Positions 1 through 9,328 of a stretch of DNA of 64,000 nt are shown piece after piece. The translations under genes and the position numbers were made by a program. The notes under the pieces were generated by a model. That model saw only the letters and a list, made by a program, of their open reading frames with translations, did no database searches and was not told the DNA's origin. Each line of letters opens with the position of its first letter. Positions within the stretch are counted from its first letter, which is position 1. The DNA comes from Clostridia bacterium (lineage in GTDB: Bacteria > Bacillota > Clostridia > TANB77 > CAG-508): contig JAGBJN010000007.1 in assembly GCA_017934475.1 (NCBI GenBank), positions 11,776-75,775 of the forward strand. The letters run 5' to 3'.

Positions 1-3
1 TAG

Positions 4-32
4 TTGAAAGTCTCATGCTTTTATGTTAGAAT
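4..32 (+). promoter_or_regulatory. sigmaA-type promoter (TTGAAA-17-TGnTAGAAT)
   Basis: TTGAAA 4-9, 17-nt spacer, TAGAAT 27-32 with extended -10 TG; near-copy at 4834-4862. Confidence 0.6.
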
Positions 33-68
33 GTGTGTAGAAAATTTATAGAGAGAGGAAGTAATAAA

Positions 69-461
69 ATGGAAGAAGTTTATGAATTTTTAAAGAAATG
101 TGGAACATTTTATATAGCAACTATAGATGGAGATAAACCAAGAGTAAGATCTTTTGGAGTAGTAAATATATTTGAAGGGAAATTATATATTCAAACAGGA
201 AAATCAAAAAATGTATCAAAACAAATGCAGATAAACCCTAATGTTGAAATATGTAGTTTTATAGATGGAAGATGGATAAGACTTGAAGGAAAAGTTGTAA
301 GAGATGATAGAAGAGAAGCAAAGGCAAGTATGCTTGATGCAAATCCAGAGTTAAAGAGTATGTATTCAGCAGATGATGATAATACAGAAGTTTTATATTT
401 TGAAAGTGCAAAAGCAACATTCTGTTCATTTACAGAAGCACCAAGAGTTGTAGAGTTCTAG
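69..461 (+). CDS. pyridoxamine 5'-phosphate oxidase-like (NimA-type FMN-binding) protein
   Basis: FYIATIDGDKPRVR..LYIQTGKSKNVSKQM..NPNVEIC motifs; ATG 69 after GAGAGGA RBS. Confidence 0.75.
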   Translation: MEEVYEFLKKCGTFYIATIDGDKPRVRSFGVVNIFEGKLYIQTGKSKNVSKQMQINPNVEICSFIDGRWIRLEGKVVRDDRREAKASMLDANPELKSMYSADDDNTEVLYFESAKATFCSFTEAPRVVEF

Positions 462-504
462 TTAAATAAAACATTAAAAATAATTTATTTTTTGGAGGGA
501 TTAA

Positions 505-1248
505 ATGAACGAATATATTAATTTAAATTTAGAAAATATTGAAGATGAGCATATATGTTGTGCAATAGGTGATCCAAAACATCAGGTGGGTGTGGATTCT
601 AAAAAAGAATGGATAAAAAATAAATTAAAGGATGGACATGTATTTAGAAAATTAAATGCAAGAGGAAAAATATTTATTGAATATGAACCATTAGAGACAT
701 CATGGGTTCCTATTAGTGGTGAAAATTATGAATATATCTACTGCTTGTGGGTTGCAGGAAGTTTCAAAGAAAAAGGAATTGGAAAAGAATTATTAGAATA
801 TGCAATAAACGATTCTAAAGAAAAAGGAAGAAGCGGTATTTGCACTTTAGTTTCTAAAAAGAAGAAACCATTTTTAGGAGAAAAGAAATTTTTTGAACAT
901 TTTGGTTTTAAAGTAGTTGATAATATTGAAGATTATGAATTAATGGCATTGAAATTTGAAGAATCTGAAACACCAAAATTTAACGATAATGCAAGAAATA
1001 TGAAAATAGATGATGAAGATTTTACTATTTACTATAGTAACGAATGCCCTTATGTTGAATATGAAGTAAAAGAACTTTCAGATTATGCAAAAGAAAAAAA
1101 TATAAAACTAAATTTTATAAAAATAGATTCACTTGAAAAAGCAAAAAATGTACCATGTATATTTAACAACTGGGCTAACTTTTATAAAGGAAAATTTGTA
1201 TCAAATACAATATTAAATGCAAATGCTTTAGAAAAGTTATTAAAGTAG
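505..1248 (+). CDS. GNAT acetyltransferase with YoaP domain
   Basis: EHICCAI, YIYCLWVAGSFKEKGIGKELL, C-terminal ECPY..PCIFNNWANFY. Confidence 0.8.
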   Translation: MNEYINLNLENIEDEHICCAIGDPKHQVGVDSKKEWIKNKLKDGHVFRKLNARGKIFIEYEPLETSWVPISGENYEYIYCLWVAGSFKEKGIGKELLEYAINDSKEKGRSGICTLVSKKKKPFLGEKKFFEHFGFKVVDNIEDYELMALKFEESETPKFNDNARNMKIDDEDFTIYYSNECPYVEYEVKELSDYAKEKNIKLNFIKIDSLEKAKNVPCIFNNWANFYKGKFVSNTILNANALEKLLK

Positions 1249-1503
1249 GTGAAAATATTGAATAAAGAAATACTTCTAGAAAACATAGATAAAGTTCATA
1301 CAACCAAAATGGGAATAGATAGAATAAATAAAAACTTAAAACTAGAGACAAATGATGTAATAGAATATTGTAAGAATAAAGTGCTAGATAAGAATTGTAA
1401 TATATATAAACAAGGAAAGAACTGGTATTGTGAAATTGATAATATAATAATTACAATAAATTCATATAGTTACACAATAATCACAGCACATATAAAAAAA
1501 TAA
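1249..1503 (+). CDS. DUF3781-like small protein
   Basis: HTTKMGIDRI..KQGKNWY..ITINSYSYTIITAH pattern; GTG start. Confidence 0.65.
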   Translation: MKILNKEILLENIDKVHTTKMGIDRINKNLKLETNDVIEYCKNKVLDKNCNIYKQGKNWYCEIDNIIITINSYSYTIITAHIKK

Positions 1504-1522
1504 ATATATAAGGTGATAAATA

Positions 1523-2302
1523 ATGGAGTATAAGGATTTATTAAAGGCACATTTAAAATTTGGAACAACCAAAGAAGATATTATAAAAAGAAAAGGTTAT
1601 GAAAAAATATTGGAAAATGTTGTAATAGCACCTTGTTGGAAACATGATATATTTGCTAAATGTGGGTTTGAAGTCGAGCAAGTAGGAGAGAAAGTATTTA
1701 ATTTTTATAGTAATCAAATATCTTTTTCATATATTGAATTAAATAGAATTGGAGCACCTGCTATAACAGATTATATATTAGCACTAGGAGTTACAAAATG
1801 TAGAAATTTAATTTTTTTAGGGTCAGTAGGTTCGTTAGATGAAAATATAAAGATAGGAGATTTAATTGTTCCTAAATATTCTGTTTGTGGAGATGGAGCT
1901 TCTAGATATTTAAATGATAATTTAGAAGATGAAATCTTTAAAAAAGAATATCCATCTAAAGAGATTACTGATAATTTAATTGAAGTTTTTAAAGAAGAAA
2001 ATATAGGTTATCATTATGTTCCTAATTTTAGTGTTGATTCTATATTTGCACAATTTTATTTTATTGATAAAATTGTAGAATTAGGATGCAAAACAATTGA
2101 AATGGAAACAGCTAATTTGTTTAAGTGTAACCAATTAATTAATATTAATGTAACAGCACTATTCTGTGTTTCTGATAATACAGTATTGAATAAGTCTTTA
2201 TATAGTGGAAGAACTGAAGCAGAAGATGAATATAGGCATAAAGTTAGATATGAGGTTGTACCTAAAGTAGTAGTAAAATTATTTAAGAAATTAAATAAAT
2301 AA
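1523..2302 (+). CDS. nucleoside phosphorylase (PNP/UDP family)
   Basis: IGAP, LIFLGSVGSL, IGDLIVP, IEMETA, VSDN motifs. Confidence 0.8.
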   Translation: MEYKDLLKAHLKFGTTKEDIIKRKGYEKILENVVIAPCWKHDIFAKCGFEVEQVGEKVFNFYSNQISFSYIELNRIGAPAITDYILALGVTKCRNLIFLGSVGSLDENIKIGDLIVPKYSVCGDGASRYLNDNLEDEIFKKEYPSKEITDNLIEVFKEENIGYHYVPNFSVDSIFAQFYFIDKIVELGCKTIEMETANLFKCNQLININVTALFCVSDNTVLNKSLYSGRTEAEDEYRHKVRYEVVPKVVVKLFKKLNK

Positions 2303-2339
2303 AATATAGGACATCTTAAATGAAAGAAGAGTAATATAA

Positions 2340-2879
2340 ATGATTAAGAATAATGAAGAAATTTCTTATAACAAAATATATATTATAGGTCCTGTTGGTA
2401 GCGGAAAAACTACATTATCTAAAGTATTATCTGAAAAATATAATATTAAAAATTATGAGCTAGATAAAGTTGTATGGGATGATGATAACGGAAATATAAA
2501 AAGGACGGACGAAGAGATTAGTGAATTGTTTAACAAAATAATAGATAATGATTCATGGATTATTGAAGATGTTGGAAGAAAGAAATTTATTGATGGAATA
2601 AAAAAGGCAGATATAACTTATTATATAGATTTACCAAAAATTACAATTTATAAAAGATGTATTAAAAGATGGATAAAACAAAAAGCAGGTAAAGAAAAAT
2701 ACAATTACAAGCCTACTATAAAAGGGCTATTTGAAATGCTAAAATGGGCGAAACAAGATTTTAAAAACAAAGGTGAAAAAATCAAAAGAATTATTGATAA
2801 TTCAAAGGAATATAAAATTTTAAAAGACGAAGATATAAAAAATATAATTAAATTAACGAAAGGGAAAAATAATGAATAA
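2340..2879 (+). CDS. adenylate kinase-like / topology modulation (FlaR-type) P-loop protein
   Basis: IYIIGPVGSGKTT, ELDKVVW, WIIED. Confidence 0.75.
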   Translation: MIKNNEEISYNKIYIIGPVGSGKTTLSKVLSEKYNIKNYELDKVVWDDDNGNIKRTDEEISELFNKIIDNDSWIIEDVGRKKFIDGIKKADITYYIDLPKITIYKRCIKRWIKQKAGKEKYNYKPTIKGLFEMLKWAKQDFKNKGEKIKRIIDNSKEYKILKDEDIKNIIKLTKGKNNE

Positions 2880-3390
2880 TTTAAAAGAATTAAAAAACGA
2901 AGAAATAGTTAATTTAATAAAAAATGGAAAAGTAGAATTAGCCGACATTGTTGATTCAGGTATATGTCCTACTTGTTTTGATAAACAAAATCATCATGTT
3001 TTATATGGAGATAATACGGATAAAATGATTTTTGAAGATGATAAGTTTGAATGCTTTTTAGTTGGAAATCCAAGAGCAGAGGGACATACTGCTATAAGCA
3101 CAAAAATACATTATAAAGATATGATGGAAATAAATGATGAAACATGTAGTGAGATATTTGTACTAGCAAAAAGAATAATGAATGTATTAAAAAGTGTTTA
3201 TAATGCAGAAAGCGTATATTTATGTACAATGTGTGATGGACCAATGAATCATTTTCATATTCAATTAATTCCACGTTATTCTTTTGAAAAAAGAGGATCA
3301 AAGAATTTTGTAAAACCAAGATTTGAATATAAAGAGGATAAAGAAAAATTATTAGAATTGAGAAAGCAATTAAATTATAAGGAGAACTAA
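2872..3390 (+). CDS. HIT family nucleotide hydrolase
   Basis: CPTC, PRAEGH, HFHIQLIPR histidine-triad variant. Confidence 0.75.
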   Translation: MNNLKELKNEEIVNLIKNGKVELADIVDSGICPTCFDKQNHHVLYGDNTDKMIFEDDKFECFLVGNPRAEGHTAISTKIHYKDMMEINDETCSEIFVLAKRIMNVLKSVYNAESVYLCTMCDGPMNHFHIQLIPRYSFEKRGSKNFVKPRFEYKEDKEKLLELRKQLNYKEN

Positions 3391-3393
3391 ATA

Positions 3394-3690
3394 ATGGCTA
3401 CTTCAAAAGAGTATAAAGATTTTATATTAGAACAATTAGATTTATTAGATAATGTATCATGCAAGGCCATGATGGGAGAATTTTTGTTATATTATAATAA
3501 TATTTTATTTGGTGGTATTTATGATGATAGATTACTTGTAAAAAAAGTTGATACAAATAAAAAATATAATATGAAGGAACAAACACCTTATGAAGGTGCT
3601 AAACCAATGTATTTAGTAGATGACATAGATAATAAAGAATTATTACAAGAGATTGTAATTGAAACTTGTAAAGGATTAGAAAGTAAATAA
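3394..3690 (+). CDS. TfoX N-terminal domain protein
   Basis: KAMMGEFLLY..FGGIYDDRLLVK..PYEGAKPM. Confidence 0.75.
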   Translation: MATSKEYKDFILEQLDLLDNVSCKAMMGEFLLYYNNILFGGIYDDRLLVKKVDTNKKYNMKEQTPYEGAKPMYLVDDIDNKELLQEIVIETCKGLESK

Positions 3691-3717
3691 TGATTTATCA
3701 TTAGGATTGGAGAAAAA

Positions 3718-4146
3718 ATGATATTAATAAGTGCATGTTTAGTTGGTATGAATTGTAAATATAATGGTAAAAACAACTATAACGAAAAAGCATTAGAACT
3801 TGTGAAAAATGGACAAGCAATACCTATTTGTCCAGAACAATTAGGTGGACTATCAACACCAAGAGATCCATCTGAAATAAAAATAATTGATAATAAAAGA
3901 TATGTAATAAACAATAAAGGTATAGATGTAACAAGTGAATTTGTAAAAGGAGCAAACGAAGTATTAAGATTAGTTAAAGAGTTAAATATTGAAAAAGTTA
4001 TATTACAATCAAGAAGTCCATCTTGTGGAGTTGGTAAAATATATAGCGGAAACTTTGATGGAAAAATAATTGATGGAAATGGTATTTTAGCACAAATGCT
4101 TATAGATAATGGAATTGAAGTTGTAGATATTGAAGATTATAAGTAA
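3718..4146 (+). CDS. DUF523 / 2-thiouracil desulfurase family protein
   Basis: ISACLVG..CKYNG, ICPEQLGGLSTPR, SRSPSCG. Confidence 0.85.
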   Translation: MILISACLVGMNCKYNGKNNYNEKALELVKNGQAIPICPEQLGGLSTPRDPSEIKIIDNKRYVINNKGIDVTSEFVKGANEVLRLVKELNIEKVILQSRSPSCGVGKIYSGNFDGKIIDGNGILAQMLIDNGIEVVDIEDYK

Positions 4147-4175
4147 AAAATGAATAAAGGAGCATATTCTATAAA

Positions 4176-4754
4176 ATGAAAAATATAGATTTTGATGAAA
4201 TAGAGATTAAATATAAAGGTTTGATTGATATTGCTAAAAAAAATATGAGCAGCATTAATGATTTTGTACATGATGAAAATCACATGTATGATGTTGTTCA
4301 TTATACAAAAGAATTAATAAAAAGTATAAATGAAGAAGTTAATATAGATGCATGTATAATAAGTGCATATTGGCATGATGTTGGTAGAACCAAAATAAAT
4401 GAAGGACATGAAAAGTTATCTGCTGAAATGTTAAAAGAAGAAATGAAGAAACAAGGATATGATAATAATCTAATAAATAAATGTTATGAAGCAATTGAGT
4501 ATCATAAATGGAGTATGCAACCTAAAACTATCGAAGGGTTAATAGTTAAAGATGCTGATAAATTAGCTTGGCTAGGCATGGGAAGATGGAATGCTTGTAT
4601 TAACAATAATCAAAAGTTAGACAACATACTTGATTTATTGCCTAGACTAAGAAATGAGTTTTTGTATTTTGAAGAATCAAAACTAATATATGATATAGAA
4701 TGTGTAAATTTAATAAAATATTTATATAAGAAATATATTGATAAAATGAAATAA
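4176..4754 (+). CDS. HD-domain phosphohydrolase
   Basis: HDENH..SAYWHDVG..H..IEYH..DADKL. Confidence 0.8.
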   Translation: MKNIDFDEIEIKYKGLIDIAKKNMSSINDFVHDENHMYDVVHYTKELIKSINEEVNIDACIISAYWHDVGRTKINEGHEKLSAEMLKEEMKKQGYDNNLINKCYEAIEYHKWSMQPKTIEGLIVKDADKLAWLGMGRWNACINNNQKLDNILDLLPRLRNEFLYFEESKLIYDIECVNLIKYLYKKYIDKMK

Positions 4755-4818
4755 TGAAGTATATTTAAATGTAATAAAAAAAGAGAAGATTTTTTTATTA
4801 GTAAAAATGCATTTATAG

Positions 4819-4862
4819 AAAGCAAGTGATTTGTTGAAAACCACTTGCTTTTATGTTAAAAT
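4819..4862 (+). promoter_or_regulatory. overlapping intrinsic terminator and sigmaA promoter
   Basis: AAAGCAAGTG/CACTTGCTTT inverted repeat; TTGAAA 4834-39, 17-nt spacer, TGnTAAAAT ending 4862. Confidence 0.6.
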
Positions 4863-4903
4863 ATAGGAAATATTATGTTTTGAAAGAGGCCTAGTGAAAA
4901 TAT

Positions 4904-5263
4904 ATGGAAAATAAAAGAATATTAAGGTTAAAGAGTAAAATATATATTTTAATTATAGTAACTTTTTTAGGTTGTGCATTATTTGTTTTATCAGGCTGTT
5001 CTAGTATTAAATATGAAACTGATAGAGACAAGATTATACAATCACCTGATAATAGCTATTCAATAACTATTAGATATGACTATGTAAGTCGACCAGATAT
5101 TTATAAAGATGGTAAAATAATATTTAAATATGATGGAAGCGGATTTATGGAAAATGTAGATTGGGATGTAGAGTGGTTATCAGAAAAAGATATATTATTA
5201 TATATTAAATCACCACAAAAAGAAAAATATAATAAAGAAAAGTATTATATTACTATTAATTAA
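4904..5263 (+). CDS. putative lipoprotein
   Basis: basic N-terminus, hydrophobic stretch and LSGC lipobox. Confidence 0.6.
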   Translation: MENKRILRLKSKIYILIIVTFLGCALFVLSGCSSIKYETDRDKIIQSPDNSYSITIRYDYVSRPDIYKDGKIIFKYDGSGFMENVDWDVEWLSEKDILLYIKSPQKEKYNKEKYYITIN

Positions 5264-5326
5264 TGGATGTGGCTAACCAAATAAGTAACTATTTTTAGAA
5301 AATATTAAATAGAAAGAAGAAATATA

Positions 5327-5884
5327 ATGATAGATGTTATTGAAATAACTATAGAAGAATTTGAAAATGATATTTATGATAAATATATAGAATTATTTCC
5401 TGAAGAAGAACAAAGAGAATGGAATAAAATTGTCAAAACATCCAAAAAGGGAATAGAAAAGTTCTATAAAATTATCTACGAAAACAAGACTATTGGATTT
5501 TTCTTACTTGAAAAAATAAATGATGATTATCCTTTTTACATAGACTATTTTTCTATTTATAGGGAATACCAAAATCAAGGATATGGAACTAAAGCTATAA
5601 AAGTTTTATTAAGTAAAATTATAAATAAAAAGGGATTAATTGCTGAAATAGAAACAGAAAGTAAAGATAATCCTATTACTATTAAAAGATTCGAATTTTA
5701 TAAAAGATTAGGATTTAAAAAAATTAAATCAGAATATTTATTATATAATGTTTATTTCACACCAATATTATATAATGATTATAAAGAAATAAATAAAGAA
5801 AAATATGACAAAATATTTTTTGATTATTATGCAATCAATTGTGGGGAAAATGAAGTAAAGCGACATTGTAAAATTATAAAATAA
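5327..5884 (+). CDS. GNAT N-acetyltransferase
   Basis: YIDYFSI..YQNQGYGTK..RFEFYKRLGF. Confidence 0.8.
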   Translation: MIDVIEITIEEFENDIYDKYIELFPEEEQREWNKIVKTSKKGIEKFYKIIYENKTIGFFLLEKINDDYPFYIDYFSIYREYQNQGYGTKAIKVLLSKIINKKGLIAEIETESKDNPITIKRFEFYKRLGFKKIKSEYLLYNVYFTPILYNDYKEINKEKYDKIFFDYYAINCGENEVKRHCKIIK

Positions 5885-5962
5885 AACAAATATAAATTAT
5901 GATAAGTATTTATAAAAAAGATTTAAGATTATTAATAAACCGAAATAAATAGGAGAAAAAAT

Positions 5963-8380
5963 ATGGAAGATAAAAAAGTATATAAATATGATGCATTTAT
6001 AAGTTATAGACATTGTAAATTAGATAAATTTGTTGCAGAGAATTTACATAGAATTTTAGAGACTTATGAATTGCCTAAAAATATTAAAGAAAAATTAAAT
6101 ATAAAATCAAAAACAATAAGAAGAGTTTTTAGAGACCAAGAAGAACTACCTTTATCAAGTAATTTAGAAGATCCAATTATAAGTGCTCTAGAAGATTCAA
6201 AATATCTTATTGTTGTTTGTTCTCCAAGATTAAAAGACTCTTTATGGTGTAAAAAGGAGATAGAAACATTTAAAAAATTAAGAGGAAGAAAAAACATATT
6301 TTGTGTTCTAATTGAAGGTGAGCCAGAAGACTCTTTCCCAGAAGAAGTACTTTTTGATGAACAAGAAGTAACTCTAGAAAATGGAGAGAAAGCAGTAGAA
6401 AGAATAGAAGTAGAACCATTAGCAGCTGATGTAAGAGGTGAAACTGAAAAAGAAGTTCTTAAAAAAATTAAAGAAGAAAAGCTAAGATTAATAGCACCAA
6501 TGTATGGACTAGATTATGATGACTTAAGACAAAGACACAAATTAAGAAGACAAAAAAGAATATTAAATATTTCAATTATTACTGCAATAGCATGTTCTAT
6601 TTTTGCTATATATTCTTTAATAATGCTTATCAAAATAAATAGCCAACAAGATATATTAAAACATCATCAAGCATTAACACTTGCTTCTAAAGCAAATGAA
6701 TATATAAAAGAAGATAATAGATATGAAGCAGTAAAAAATGCGTACCAAGCACTTGTGGAATTTGAAGGAGTTAAAATGCCTTATACTCCAGAAGCGGAAT
6801 ATGCTTTATCAGAAAGTTTAGGAATATATGATATAGGTGCTTCATATAAAGCTGTATCACAAATAAATACCAAAGGAGTTGTTGATTTTGTAAAATCAAG
6901 TCCAAATGGTAAATATGCAGCAGTATATGATGAATCAGAGGAAATAACATTATTTGATACAAATACATTAAATATTATTTTAAAATATAATATAAATAAT
7001 ACGTATACAAATGATAAAATGTTTGGATTTGTAGGTAATGATATATTTGCCTTTATTAATAAAGATAAAAATATAAGTTTAGTTAAAACTGAAACAGGAG
7101 AACTATATACAGAGATAAATAATGAAGGAAGAGGCTTTATTTCATTAAGATGTAGTACAAATGGAGAATATTTAGCATATACAGATTATGAAAAAGTTTA
7201 TATTTATGATGTTAAAGAAAATAAGCAAATAGGTAGTATATCTGAAGAGGACAATTTCTTAAAAGATATATATTTTTCAGAAGATTGTAATTATGTGTTT
7301 GCTGCAACACTAAAAGAAAATTATGATATATATAAAGAAGATAGCATAACTATACATGTTATTGATGCAAAAGAAGGAAAAGAAATAAATAGTATTGATT
7401 TAACAGCAAGTGCCTTTTCAGGGGTAGTAACTAAAGATAATAATGCATACATCCTATTAAATAACAGAGTTGATACAGATGTAAGTATTGTTGTACTATC
7501 ATATGACTATATTAATGGAAATATTAATTGGACAAAGATTATTGAAAAGTCTTGGGGAAAGTTTATAACAAGATCATATGCTGAAAGCACAAATAATATT
7601 GCAATAGTAAACCAAGACAATGTAAATATATTAAATGCTGATAATGGAGAAATAGAAACTACATTTAACACAAGTAGTGAAATTTTGACTATATATACAT
7701 TTACAACTAGTGACTTATATATAACAGTATCAAGTGATGGATCTGTAGATTACATGGATGTAGAAAATAAAAATACTATTGAATATGATGGAAAATATGA
7801 GCTTAATTTAAATGAATATATAGATGTAGAAAAAACAGAAAATGGATTAATATTATTACCATATAATGAAAATAGATTAATAATATATGATGAAAAAGCT
7901 AATAAAGATGCAAAATTAGAAGATATAAGTCTTGATTATCCAAAAAAAGATAATGTTTCAGTTACAGAACAAAAACAGTTAATTGAAGATTATGATATTA
8001 TAAATAAAAATTTAATTAGTAATATTATTTATGATCAAGATAAGAAATTAATATTTGTAAATTATAAAAATGAAGATATTGCAATATATAATGTTGAAAC
8101 AAAAGAACTAATAAAATTATTAAACAATGTAGGAAAGATAAATCATTATTTTGGTAAAGACAAAAATGATAGAATTTATATAGGAGATATATCAGATACA
8201 TATATTCTAGATAAAGATTTCAATAAAGTTGGACATATAAAAAGTTTAAGAAAGTTAGAACAAGATAAAGTTATAATTGCAAATAATAGTAAATTTTATT
8301 CTTTAAAGATATATAATCTAAATGAACTATTAAATGAGGCAAAAGAACTAATTAATAACAAAAATAATGATAATAACTAA
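5963..8380 (+). CDS. TIR domain - transmembrane helix - beta-propeller-like protein
   Basis: YDAFISYRH..VFRD..ALEDSKYLIVVCSP..SLWCKKEI (TIR_2 with Glu); hydrophobic helix at about aa 200-222; WD40-like strands (SPNGKYA, STNGEYLA, FSEDCNYVF). Confidence 0.8.
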   Translation: MEDKKVYKYDAFISYRHCKLDKFVAENLHRILETYELPKNIKEKLNIKSKTIRRVFRDQEELPLSSNLEDPIISALEDSKYLIVVCSPRLKDSLWCKKEIETFKKLRGRKNIFCVLIEGEPEDSFPEEVLFDEQEVTLENGEKAVERIEVEPLAADVRGETEKEVLKKIKEEKLRLIAPMYGLDYDDLRQRHKLRRQKRILNISIITAIACSIFAIYSLIMLIKINSQQDILKHHQALTLASKANEYIKEDNRYEAVKNAYQALVEFEGVKMPYTPEAEYALSESLGIYDIGASYKAVSQINTKGVVDFVKSSPNGKYAAVYDESEEITLFDTNTLNIILKYNINNTYTNDKMFGFVGNDIFAFINKDKNISLVKTETGELYTEINNEGRGFISLRCSTNGEYLAYTDYEKVYIYDVKENKQIGSISEEDNFLKDIYFSEDCNYVFAATLKENYDIYKEDSITIHVIDAKEGKEINSIDLTASAFSGVVTKDNNAYILLNNRVDTDVSIVVLSYDYINGNINWTKIIEKSWGKFITRSYAESTNNIAIVNQDNVNILNADNGEIETTFNTSSEILTIYTFTTSDLYITVSSDGSVDYMDVENKNTIEYDGKYELNLNEYIDVEKTENGLILLPYNENRLIIYDEKANKDAKLEDISLDYPKKDNVSVTEQKQLIEDYDIINKNLISNIIYDQDKKLIFVNYKNEDIAIYNVETKELIKLLNNVGKINHYFGKDKNDRIYIGDISDTYILDKDFNKVGHIKSLRKLEQDKVIIANNSKFYSLKIYNLNELLNEAKELINNKNNDNN

Positions 8381-8452
8381 AAAGTATCAAAAATAACATA
8401 ATATTTGAAACTTAGTAATGATAGTTAAACTTTATAAAAACAGGAGAAATAT

Positions 8453-8518
8453 ATGATAAATGATTTTGATATGCTTATGAAATCATTATCAAATAAAAAA
8501 GGAAAAGAAAATGAATAG
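8453..8518 (+). pseudogene. 21-aa mini-ORF (MINDFDMLMKSLSNKKGKENE) carrying a copy of the RhuM-family gene 3' end
   Basis: 8461-8499 matches 12999-13037 at 38/39 nt in the same reading frame; AGGAG RBS at 8442; overlaps the Nudix ATG at 8511. Confidence 0.6.
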
Positions 8519-9128
8519 TAGGGAAATATTAGAAAAAATAAAAGCACTATCAAAAGAAGAAAAAAGAAAACTTAATTATGATAAATTAAAAGAAATAATG
8601 GAATATATGACTCCAGATGAAATAATAGAATTAAGTAATATAATAGGATATCCAGTATTTACAAGAATGTGTATGGGAGTGTTACAGCATAAATTTGTTT
8701 TATTACAAGATGGAGCTGCTGCAATAATTATTAATAATGAAGGAAAAATATTATTACAAAGTAGAGCAGATAGAGATTTATGGGGATTGCCAGGTGGGTG
8801 TCAGGAACTAGGAGAAAGATTCAAAGACACAATAATTAGAGAAGTCAAAGAAGAGACAAATTTGGATGTTGAAGAAAAAGATTTGGAACTAATTGATATA
8901 GTTTCAGGAAATAGTAGAAGAAATAGTTATCCAAATGGAGATGTTGTAATTAATAATACAGCATTATATTGTATAAGAAAATATTCTGGAGAATTGAGAT
9001 GGGATGAAGAATCAAAAGAGATGAAATTTTTTGATTTAAATAATTTACCTAAAAATCAAAATGATCCAGATTTAATAGAGATATACATGGAATATGAAAA
9101 AAGAAAATCAAAAGATTTTGAAAGATAA
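8511..9128 (+). CDS. Nudix hydrolase
   Basis: Nudix box GGCQELGERFKDTIIREVKEETNL. Confidence 0.85.
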   Translation: MNSREILEKIKALSKEEKRKLNYDKLKEIMEYMTPDEIIELSNIIGYPVFTRMCMGVLQHKFVLLQDGAAAIIINNEGKILLQSRADRDLWGLPGGCQELGERFKDTIIREVKEETNLDVEEKDLELIDIVSGNSRRNSYPNGDVVINNTALYCIRKYSGELRWDEESKEMKFFDLNNLPKNQNDPDLIEIYMEYEKRKSKDFER

Positions 9129-9145
9129 TAACATTAACAGAAAAA

Positions 9146-9280
9146 AAGGAAGTAAGTAATATGGAAGATAAAAAAGAAAAGTTGCCAAGTACAATGATTC
9201 AGTGCGATAAACCAATTTATATAAACATTAACTCAAACCTTTGAAAACACTGGAATTTTTATGTTGAGATTTTTACATTT
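9146..9280 (+). repeat. cassette junction J1 (rbgA-like 5' end | TG 9203-9204 | conserved right arm, type alpha)
   Basis: AAGGAAGT, ATG 9161 MEDKKEKLPSTMIQ-TG|CGATAAACCAATTT..; right arm matches J3 at 65/76 nt. Confidence 0.85.
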
Positions 9281-9328
9281 TTAATAAAAAATAAAATTAA
9301 TAGTTAAAAAAATATAGGAGACTATAAA

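Noticed and set aside
4851-4861. TTATGTTAAA resembles a XerD arm of dif/pdif (also at 21-30 and in J1)
   Set aside because: No XerC-like arm lies 6 bp upstream; the match is better explained as the extended -10 region of a promoter.
9158-9176. 19-nt identity between the J1 leader start (MEDKK) and the TIR gene start at 5960-5978
   Set aside because: Low-complexity A-rich start sequence with no junction right arm near 5963; probably chance.
9241-9270. TTGAAA..TGAGAT/TAGATT in the junction right arms as a cassette promoter
   Set aside because: The spacing is 18-19 nt and the -10 match is poor and inconsistent among J1-J5; it cannot be supported without TSS data.
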